The position numbers and the translations under genes were made by a program. The notes beneath the pieces were generated by a model. The model searched no databases and was not told the origin of the DNA. It saw only the letters and a list, made by a program, of their open reading frames with translations. From Candidatus Jordarchaeia archaeon (lineage in GTDB: Archaea; Asgardarchaeota; Jordiarchaeia; Jordiarchaeales; Jordiarchaeaceae), in contig JAHQXB010000107.1 in assembly GCA_029856435.1 (NCBI GenBank), forward strand, positions 1 to 21,930: DNA of 21,930 nt, given 5' to 3'. This document shows positions 1-6,691 of this stretch, one piece after another. The stretch's first letter is position 1. Each line of letters opens with the position of its first letter.

Positions 1-1
1 A

Positions 2-247
2 CACTACGCAGCCATGAGGCGCAAGACCCTCTGCCGCCGATCACATGTCTCTGCAGAAGCGGACGCTGAACTCCTCTCCTACACCGTCACTTGGAAGAAG
101 GCCAACCTTGATCCCTACGAACTCTACCCACTGCTGGTCCGAAGTTCATGGAAAACAGTCTACCAGCGTCTCGTGAGAGCACACCGGAAACCGCCTCCCG
201 ATGCGAGCATCCTGCAAACAGTCAAGGAGGTGACTGCAGCACCCTAA
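2..247 (+). CDS. IS66-family transposase, C-terminal part (gene starts before the window)
   Basis: The frame is open from base 2: HYAAMRRKTLCRRSHVSAEADAELLSYTVTWKKANLDPYELYPLL. This fits the IS66 TnpC C-terminal pattern R..RK....rS......a.l.S...T.k...ldP.e. It is followed by an IS66-type end (see next feature). Confidence 0.65.
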   Translation, partial: HYAAMRRKTLCRRSHVSAEADAELLSYTVTWKKANLDPYELYPLLVRSSWKTVYQRLVRAHRKPPPDASILQTVKEVTAAP

Positions 248-279
248 AAAACGAGAAGTTGAAAACAAGGGGAGAAAAC

Positions 280-333
280 GTTCCCCCCCATTCCCCAGGA
301 ACACGGTGCCACCAAGAAATGATGGGGGGGAAC
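280..333. repeat. Perfect 12-bp inverted repeat with a 30-nt spacer inside the IS right end
   Basis: gttcccccccat (280-291) pairs with atgggggggaac (322-333). Confidence 0.8.
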
Positions 334-734
334 TCGGCGAGACATGGGAAGCGTGTCGCAGTAGCCTCGGATAATGCTCAGGTAAGGTTGGAAGAGGCTT
401 ACCCTAAAATAGTTGTGCACCAGAAACTTTTTACGCCCTAAAGGGTTTAAAATATTCCGGCTTGGACAAAATTCATGTTCCCCGACGCGTATCACCCGTA
501 ATGTAGTGAAAGGGTATTGTTTTCCGCCGCATATATGACCTCTAACGGCGAAAACGCTGAGAAGAAAAGATAAAACCAATTTCGTTCCAAACCCAAATAT
601 TCCTCTCCAAATAAATATATTTAATGGGATGATAAGGGAAGAATCTTTTTATTATGAAAGGTTCCAATCAAGAAACTTGTAGTGAACCCTTCAATTTTTA
701 AATGAATGTTTTGCATGTTATGGGAGGATGACTA

Positions 735-1247
735 ATGCCTCTTGTAGAGTTTAATGGTAAACGGCCTAAAGTTCACCCAACGGCTTTTATTGCGCCCACA
801 GCGACAATAATTGGAGATGTGGAAGTGGGAGAAAAAAGCAGTGTTTGGTATGGAGCAGTCATAAGGGCGGACTTCGCCTCTGTGAGGATTGGTCGGTGCA
901 CAGCGGTGGAAGACAACTGTGTGATACATGGAGGACGTGAAACAATCATCGGTGATGAAGTGCTAATTGGTCACGCCGCGGTGGTTCACGGCTGCAGAAT
1001 AGGTAACGGGGCCATAATTGGGTCTGGAGCCACGGTATTCACAGGTGCCGAAATAGGGGAATACGCAGTGGTAGCTATGGGAGCAGTAGTGCTAGAAAAT
1101 GTAAAGGTGGAACCCAAAACTCTGGTTGCAGGCATCCCCGCAAAAAAGATGAGGCAGCTAAACGAAACCGAGGCACAAGCACTAACAGTTGGCTCGAAAA
1201 TTTATACTGAACTCGCCCAAAAATACAAGCAACAGAAGCTTGAATGA
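735..1247 (+). CDS. Gamma-class carbonic anhydrase-like hexapeptide-repeat protein (YrdA/PaaY/CaiE family)
   Basis: Left-handed beta-helix repeats ([17 protein letters not shown]), the IRAD motif, three candidate Zn-ligand His residues (VIHG, IGH, VVHG), C-terminal AGIPAK, and a GGAGG SD upstream. Confidence 0.9.
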   Translation: MPLVEFNGKRPKVHPTAFIAPTATIIGDVEVGEKSSVWYGAVIRADFASVRIGRCTAVEDNCVIHGGRETIIGDEVLIGHAAVVHGCRIGNGAIIGSGATVFTGAEIGEYAVVAMGAVVLENVKVEPKTLVAGIPAKKMRQLNETEAQALTVGSKIYTELAQKYKQQKLE

Positions 1248-1420
1248 TGTGGATATTACAAGATTTCCCTATAGGGGTTTTTACACACAACGAAGCATCT
1301 AGAAGCACCAAAAGTCCTTCTATCTTGAAACGAAAACAGTGATCCACTTTTTCTTCATTTTTTGTGAATTTCGTGTTTCACGGCGGATAATGAGAGATTT
1401 ATATTTGTTTGTTTGATTTT

Positions 1421-1443
1421 GCCTCTGAAAGGAGTGTTTATAG
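1421..1443 (+). repeat. Short inverted copy of the core of the leader-like repeat family
   Basis: gcctctgaaaggagtgtttatag matches the reverse complement of 6003-6025 (gcctcaaaaaggggtgtttatag) at 20 of 23 positions. Confidence 0.65.
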
Positions 1444-1465
1444 CCGCATGTTCATGCGGCGCTCC
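1431..1465. other. GC-rich hairpin with a bulged lower stem
   Basis: gccgcatg-tt-catgcggc (1443-1460), extended by ggagt/gctcc across a gtttata bulge. Confidence 0.6.
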
Positions 1466-1799
1466 TATTTGTGGTGATTACTTTTTTTGGGCTGGACTCT
1501 TGGGGGGAAAAATTCCCTAAATTTTAACATAATATGTATAAAAGATGGGAGCGGGAAGGGAAGAAGATGTGAGTGCAGGGCAAAAATGACACAAACCAGT
1601 CGTTATGAGTCCTGTTTGAATATATGGTTTATATGGCTTCTTTTCCGATTTTGAGCCTGAAAATGTAGTTAAAAATTAATTTTTATCCGGAATATTTTGG
1701 AAACTAAGGTCGGGGAGCCTTCTTGCTAAAGTGTAAAATTACCATATAAAGTATAGATCGGCCAACAATCATATATATATTTAAGGAGGGCAATGTTTA

Positions 1800-1868
1800 T
1801 TTATAAACGCTTGAAAATTTCCTTCTATGCAAAAAAAGAATAGCCTTTATAAGGATTACTTTTAAATA
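1800..1868 (+). promoter_or_regulatory. TATA-like elements upstream of tbp
   Basis: tttataaa (1800-1807), tttataag (about 1846-1853) and tttaaata (1861-1868). The last is about 39 bp before the likely TTG start. Confidence 0.5.
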
Positions 1869-1906
1869 GATATAGGGCGTCAAAAAATAAATTGGGGGTA
1901 AGAAGT

Positions 1907-2464
1907 TTGCCGAAAATTCAGTTCATAAATATTGAAAATGTTGTTGCATCTGTAAGGATAAATCAAAGAATTGATCTTACAAAAATTGCTCAGAGCAATC
2001 TCAGGTCGGAATATGATCCTGAACAGTTTCCGGGTCTGGTTTATAGGTTGGAGAAGCCCAAAACCGCTACGCTCATTTTCAGCAGTGGTAGGATGGTCTG
2101 CACCGGGGCGAAGTCTGTTAAGGAGGTGCATGAGGCGGTGCGTAAGATTGTGGATGAGCTTCAGAAGGAGGGGGTTTTGGGTGATAATATTGAGCCGGAG
2201 ATTGAGATTCAAAATATTGTGGCTTCTGCTAGTTTGGGTGCGGAGCTTAATTTAGAGTTGGCTGCCTATACTCTTCCAGACGTTATTTATGAGCCTGAAC
2301 AGTTTCCAGGTTTAATTTACCGCATGCGGGAGCCCAAGGTTGTAATTCTGCTTTTCACTACTGGTAAATTGGTAATTACTGGCGCAAAGAGGGAGGAGTA
2401 TATTCGCATCGCTGTTGAGAATCTTATGAAGACAGTTACAGAGAAGGGTATCATAAGAACCTAA
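1907..2464 (+). CDS. tbp: TATA-box-binding protein
   Basis: Two TBP repeats: IENVVAS...YDPEQFPGLVYR...LIFSSGRMVCTGAK and IQNIVAS...YEPEQFPGLIYR...LLFTTGKLVITGAK. The start is probably TTG 1907 (GGGGGT SD upstream); the ORF track uses TTG 1892. Confidence 0.97.
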   Translation: MPKIQFINIENVVASVRINQRIDLTKIAQSNLRSEYDPEQFPGLVYRLEKPKTATLIFSSGRMVCTGAKSVKEVHEAVRKIVDELQKEGVLGDNIEPEIEIQNIVASASLGAELNLELAAYTLPDVIYEPEQFPGLIYRMREPKVVILLFTTGKLVITGAKREEYIRIAVENLMKTVTEKGIIRT

Positions 2465-2875
2465 AGAGAGGTGGTTCCGGCCGGGCTGTGATTTGCACTC
2501 TTATGATGAGTAGATTCAGCATTGGGAATTTGGACAAAGCCAAATAGTTTTCACTTATGCTAAAATTTACTTGTGTTCTGCGTCTCGCAAGTTCTGGCTG
2601 TGACATCCAACCCAGCGGAATCAGCGAAGAAAGTAGTAGGTGACCAATTTCTTCTCCGGTCCACTATGTACCCTTTTTCTCTTTTAGTACTAAAATCAGT
2701 TGGGGGCTTCCTCATAGGGTGCTGAGCAGTTTTTTGGGGAAAGTTGAAGTGTATTTTTGTGGATGTTTAGGGTATGAACGAACAGGTTGGTGCGCTGAGA
2801 GGTTCTGTTTTGCGAAAATCGGGAATTGAGTTGTTGGGTGATATTCCTTGGGGTTTATCAGCTGTTTCTGGGGAC

Positions 2876-3040
2876 CTTGTCGTAAGTATGTGGTTTGTTG
2901 ACATGGTATGTGTGCAGGGTTAGCCAGTCTTACTCCTTTTTTTAGGATTATTTTGGAAGGAAGCCCTATTAAGCCTCCTTTTTTTGAGAGGAAAAAACGA
3001 TTATGCATAAAGAGAAGCTACATACATAAGACGAGGTTCC
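2876..3040. repeat. Leader-like non-coding repeat, copy 1 (about 165 bp)
   Basis: Direct repeat of 4159-4320, about 90% identical by manual alignment. Shared blocks include gtaagtatgtggtttgttgacatg, gtgtgcagggttagcca, ggaaggaagccct, aagcctcctttttttgagaggaaaaaacgatta and aagagaagctacatac. Confidence 0.95.
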
Positions 3041-3053
3041 AGCTATGAGGACA

Positions 3054-3070
3054 GAAAAGTTAATAGGGCT
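3054..3070 (+). promoter_or_regulatory. Probable BRE/TATA promoter of cas6
   Basis: gaaaag followed by TTAATA and gggct, about 49 bp upstream of the ATG. ttaatagggct (3060-3070) is also the exact reverse complement of 2962-2972. Confidence 0.5.
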
Positions 3071-3113
3071 ATAAACAAAGGAAATAAAAGCGAGGGCCCA
3101 TAAAATAATTTAT

Positions 3114-3959
3114 ATGATAAAACCATGGAGGGAAAAGGAAGTAATCGACCTCTGGATTGAAATGGTGGCTACAGACTCTGGTAGATTGAAAACCTTCACC
3201 GGACACTTGGTGAGAGGAGCCCTGCTGAGCCTAATTAGAAATGTGGACCCCGAACTGGCTGAGAGCTTGCATGAACCCCACCAGCCCAGACCCTATAGTG
3301 TCAGCCCAGCCACCCCGGTGGGGCAACCAATGAGTGTACGTGAAAATCTGTGGTGGATAAAACCTGGAGACCGTGTAAGATTTCACGCCGGCTTCTTGCA
3401 AGACCACATAGGAGAGAAAGCGTTCCAAAAAATCTTGGAAGGGGGACAGGAAATCAAACTTGGAGAAATCCCATTTACCCCAGCAAGAATAGAGCTCAAA
3501 AGAACAACCTATGAGGAGCTGGTGAAAACAGCTCAACCCCAAGAAATAATAACCATAAAATTCACTTCACCCACCAGATTCGAAATCAAGTCCAGAGAAT
3601 TTCCCCTACTCCTCCCAGATCCAAGATATGTTTATGGCAGCCTTGCCCAGCTCTGGAACAGGTACGCTCCACCTCAAGTGCAGGTGGACACCAATGAACT
3701 GCACGAGTGGGTGGAAGAACATGTGTACGTGCGCAAAATATATCGCCTCCAAACCCGAGAAGTAGACATTGGAAAAACACACAAGATGGTGGGATTCACG
3801 GGAACGGTGGAGTATCTTCTAAACAGCACCCAAGGCTACTCACTCTGGGTAAATGTGCTAACAAGATATGCAGCAACAGCCAACACGGGAGCCAAAAGAA
3901 CAAGCGGCATGGGAGCCACTAAAAAAATAGAATACCAGAAAAAGGCGAGCAACACCTAA
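3114..3959 (+). CDS. cas6: CRISPR-associated endoribonuclease Cas6 (RAMP), orphan
   Basis: N-terminal GHLVRGALLSLI...PELAESLH...RPYSVS, central IKFTSPTRF, LLPDP..VYGSL...WN, VGFTG.V.Y, and a C-terminal glycine-rich loop NTGAKRTSGMG. All are typical of the Thermus Cas6A/B-like group. Confidence 0.92.
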   Translation: MIKPWREKEVIDLWIEMVATDSGRLKTFTGHLVRGALLSLIRNVDPELAESLHEPHQPRPYSVSPATPVGQPMSVRENLWWIKPGDRVRFHAGFLQDHIGEKAFQKILEGGQEIKLGEIPFTPARIELKRTTYEELVKTAQPQEIITIKFTSPTRFEIKSREFPLLLPDPRYVYGSLAQLWNRYAPPQVQVDTNELHEWVEEHVYVRKIYRLQTREVDIGKTHKMVGFTGTVEYLLNSTQGYSLWVNVLTRYAATANTGAKRTSGMGATKKIEYQKKASNT

Positions 3960-4111
3960 CCACCCCTCAACCAAAAATAAGTTGAAAAAAACTCTTAAGG
4001 CCTCCAAATATAAGCCCATCCAAAAAGACAAATCTACTACGCTGTACAGAGGGATGCAGAAATCCTATTACGAGAAGTCTTTTAGCCAAAAACCATGAAC
4101 ACCCATAAATA

Positions 4112-4136
4112 GGCAACATTACTAATAATTGTTGCC
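4112..4136. other. 7-bp stem hairpin between cas6 and repeat copy 2
   Basis: ggcaaca (4112-4118), 11-nt AT-rich loop, tgttgcc (4130-4136). Confidence 0.45.
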
Positions 4137-4158
4137 GGACATTAAAACTAAGCGAGAG

Positions 4159-4320
4159 CTTGTTGTAAGTATGTGGTTTGTTGACATGAATTGTGTGCAG
4201 GGTTAGCCATTCTTACCATTTTTAGGCTTATTTGGAAGGAAGCCCTGTTAAGCCTCCTTTTTTTGAGAGGAAAAAACGATTACGTATAGAAGAGAAGCTA
4301 CATACTTAAGACGAGGTCCC
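4159..4320. repeat. Leader-like non-coding repeat, copy 2 (about 162 bp)
   Basis: Same orientation as 2876-3040 and near-identical to it. It ends about 68 bp before the RPA gene; copy 1 ends about 74 bp before cas6. Confidence 0.95.
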
Positions 4321-4338
4321 AAATTAAGCGATACATAG

Positions 4339-4349
4339 TTTTATATAAA
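4339..4349 (+). promoter_or_regulatory. Probable TATA box of the RPA gene
   Basis: ttttatataaa lies about 39 bp upstream of GTG 4388. Confidence 0.55.
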
Positions 4350-4387
4350 TCTAAATTCTTTATTACAATACATACACGTGACTATGG

Positions 4388-5920
4388 GTGCTGAAAACCT
4401 TGAAGCCAGAGTTGATAAAAAAAATCATTATTGAGCAAACCAGCATTTCCCGGGAGGAGCTAGAGAAAAGGATACAGGAAAAAAAGGAACTGCTGGGAAA
4501 CCTAGCTACAGAGGAGGGAGCCGCAGTTCTTGTGGCCGTGGATCTAGGAGTGGAAGTAAGAGAAGTAGAGGAGGAAAAGCCGGAAAAGAAGGTTATGATA
4601 AGAGACCTTAAGGAAGGAATGACCAGTGTCTCGGCTTTGGATGCAGTGGTTATGGAAATCCTCAGAGTAAAACGTTTCGGAAGGCGAGACGGCTCCCCGG
4701 GTCAAATGGCTAGCATGAGAATCGCGGATAACACTGGAGAAATAAGGCTAGTCCTCTGGGAAGAGCAGAGCGAAGCGGTTGAAAAGGGAAAAATCCATAA
4801 GGGAGACCTTCTCCGCATCTTTCGGGGCTTTACCCGTAAAGGCCTCTATGGAGACTTAGAACTACATGTGGGGCGGTTGGGTAAAATCATCGTAAACCCC
4901 CCTGACCTTAAGCCCGAAAATTTTCCCAAACCACCTATGGAGTCGATGCCATTTACAGAGCTTGAAGTAGGCATGCCCGACGTCACAGTAGAAGGCGTGG
5001 TGATTGAAGTTTCGCCGGCTAGAGCATTCGCTCGGCCTAACGGTTCACAGGGACGCATAGCCACCCTGAGACTAACAGATGAAGAGGAGGCAATAGTGAG
5101 AGTAGTGTTCTGGGATGAACAAGCACCCAAAGCCTCCCGATACTCGGTGGGAGACCGCATACAAATAATTAGCGGATACACTCGTGAAGGCACCACAGGC
5201 GAGGTGGAGGTTCATGTGGGAAAAGCCACCCAGATAAAAACCCTAGAAAAGGCCTATGCCAAGCCCACAACCCGCCCCGTGCCCCTGTCAGAAATCCGAC
5301 ACCGAATGGATTCCTTTGATGTCCAGGGCCGGGTAGCAGAGGTTACACCCCTCAGACTGTTCACCCTCCCCTCTGGGAAAACTGGAGTTGTGGCGGACAT
5401 TTACCTAACAGACGGTGAGAACTGGGTTAGGGTATCACTCTGGGATAAGCATACTGAAACCATAGGCAAAGTGAAGCCGGGAGACCTTATACGTATTCGC
5501 AACGCTTACACTCGGGAGGATCAGTATGGCCTCACTATAAATGCTGGACGCCGAGCAATCATAGAGGTGAATCCCCCAGACATTCCTGAAAGATTATTCC
5601 CTCCGCTCAGCACGGAGCCCAAAGCCATCAAAGAAATAAAGTCTCATATGACTGGATTAGCCTTGGAAGCCACCATCCAAGATTTGGGAGAATTGAAGGA
5701 GTTTCAGAGGCAGAATGGCTCAGTTTCTTCTGTGATACGCTTCCAACTAGTTGACGAAACTGGAAGCATACCTGCAGTTGCTTGGGGAGAAAATGCAGAA
5801 AAAATAAGCAAAGCTCAGAACGGCCAAAAAATAAGTATTAAGGGAGCCTACGTCAAAATAAGTGCCAAGGGCGAAAATGAAGTACACATAGAAAACAACA
5901 CGCAAATCCAAATAGAGTAA
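4388..5920 (+). CDS. rpa: Replication protein A / single-stranded DNA-binding protein: N-terminal helical domain plus four OB folds
   Basis: The N-terminus ISREELEKRIQEKKELLGNLATEEGAAVLVAVDLGV is typical of multi-OB archaeal RPA. Four repeats of the OB pattern F....G..G.v....l.D.tG.i.v.lW: IADNTGEIRLVLW, LTDEEEAIVRVVFW, LTDGENWVRVSLW, LVDETGSIPAVAW. No Zn finger seen. The start could be TTG 4400. Confidence 0.92.
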   Translation: MLKTLKPELIKKIIIEQTSISREELEKRIQEKKELLGNLATEEGAAVLVAVDLGVEVREVEEEKPEKKVMIRDLKEGMTSVSALDAVVMEILRVKRFGRRDGSPGQMASMRIADNTGEIRLVLWEEQSEAVEKGKIHKGDLLRIFRGFTRKGLYGDLELHVGRLGKIIVNPPDLKPENFPKPPMESMPFTELEVGMPDVTVEGVVIEVSPARAFARPNGSQGRIATLRLTDEEEAIVRVVFWDEQAPKASRYSVGDRIQIISGYTREGTTGEVEVHVGKATQIKTLEKAYAKPTTRPVPLSEIRHRMDSFDVQGRVAEVTPLRLFTLPSGKTGVVADIYLTDGENWVRVSLWDKHTETIGKVKPGDLIRIRNAYTREDQYGLTINAGRRAIIEVNPPDIPERLFPPLSTEPKAIKEIKSHMTGLALEATIQDLGELKEFQRQNGSVSSVIRFQLVDETGSIPAVAWGENAEKISKAQNGQKISIKGAYVKISAKGENEVHIENNTQIQIE

Positions 5921-5941
5921 AATAAAAATGTGACCAATAAT

Positions 5942-6045
5942 TGGTGATGCAGATTTATTCGGCTCCGTCTCCCTAATAAGGCTCCAAATCGTGAAAGAAG
6001 CCCTATAAACACCCCTTTTTGAGGCGAAACCGAACGATTCTACAT
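5942..6045. repeat. Diverged third copy of the leader-like repeat
   Basis: gaagccctataaacacccctttttgaggcgaaaccgaacgattctacat aligns to copy 1 gaagccctattaagcctcctttttttgagaggaaaaaacgattatgcat. Weaker similarity continues left (tgcag..tta, ctcc.t..t.agg). Confidence 0.7.
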
Positions 6046-6166
6046 CACCAGAATCAGGTTAACAAACTTTCTAAATAGAAGCAGTTTTAACACCCCTTTC
6101 TTGTTGAGTGATGCAAGCAGATCATAGGGATGGCTGGTTATTGGTCTTCTTTTTTTTGGGGGGGAA

Positions 6167-6466
6167 TTATGAAATTTTTACTTGGGATATGTTTTCCAAG
6201 ACTAGCTGGTTACCGTAGGCGCCGGTGCTTATTGCTCCGCTCTCATCGATTTGTGGGTCTGGAATTATTTTTTTCTCTATGAGAGTTCCCGTCACGGAGA
6301 TGGTTTTTCCCACAATTTTTTCATTGTTTTCCAGTTCTGGGATGTACACGATGTCGTTTTTCAACTTTAGGCAGGGCCCAGCCTTGCAGTTGACAACCAA
6401 ACCACGCAAAGTAACCTTTCTTCCCATCATACCTTTTGAAACAGAGTCAAAAACCTTTTCCGCCAT
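6167..6466 (-). CDS. Hypothetical 99-aa beta-rich protein, possibly a single OB-like fold
   Basis: GGTGA SD before the ATG. Alternating beta-strand patterns (VTLRGLVVNCKAG, VGKTISVTGTL). The fold call is inference. Confidence 0.7.
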   Translation of the reverse strand: MAEKVFDSVSKGMMGRKVTLRGLVVNCKAGPCLKLKNDIVYIPELENNEKIVGKTISVTGTLIEKKIIPDPQIDESGAISTGAYGNQLVLENISQVKIS

Positions 6467-6614
6467 TCGTTCTCACCAACATTTTTCACAAATAAAGAAT
6501 ACATATTTCCTGAATATTCTCTTTCCAGAACTTGAGTTTAAATGTTCGCTTAGCCTTTTGTAGGCGTAACTCTTGTATGCAGAGCCAATAAGCGGGGGAT
6601 ATACTTTTTAAACC

Positions 6615-6625
6615 TTTTATATAAA
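6615..6625. promoter_or_regulatory. Palindromic TATA box between divergent genes
   Basis: ttttatataaa lies between the 6466(-) and 6692(+) starts. Confidence 0.5.
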
Positions 6626-6691
6626 TATATTATCAACGACAAGTCGGGTTTAGTTGTTTATTATGCTCTGTTTTCATGAAGGTGCTGGCTT

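Larger units (their letters stand above)
1..402 (+). mobile_element. Right end of an IS66-like insertion sequence; terminal inverted repeat at about 381-402
   Basis: The sequence ends ...ggtaaggttggaagaggcttac at 402; its reverse complement begins GTAAGC, the usual IS66 terminus. The next 8 bp (cctaaaat, 403-410) would be the target-site duplication. The left end is outside the window, so neither the TIR pair nor the duplication can be confirmed. Confidence 0.55.

Noticed and set aside
148-441. 97-aa plus-strand ORF overlapping the transposase tail and the IS end
   Set aside because: Alternative frame across a structured non-coding end, with no homology pattern.
244-579. 111-aa minus-strand ORF
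   Set aside because: It runs across the IS terminus, has no SD and no recognisable domain. It could be a remnant of the gene hit by the IS, but the sequence does not support that call.
655-700. gaaag-gttccaatcaagaaacttgtagtgaac looks faintly like a Thermococcales-type CRISPR repeat start (GTTCCAAT)
   Set aside because: Single occurrence, no ATTGAAAG-type end, and no second copy.
2712-3008. 98-aa minus-strand ORF, and a 51-codon ORF (MRKPPTDF...) just left of it
   Set aside because: The first starts inside the non-coding repeat, and repeat copy 2 has indels that would break the frame. Neither has an SD or a recognisable motif.
4010-4085. Protein-like fragment HPKRQIYYAVQRDAEILLREVF downstream of cas6, possibly a decayed cas gene
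   Set aside because: Too short, no start, and no match I can recognise to any Cas family.
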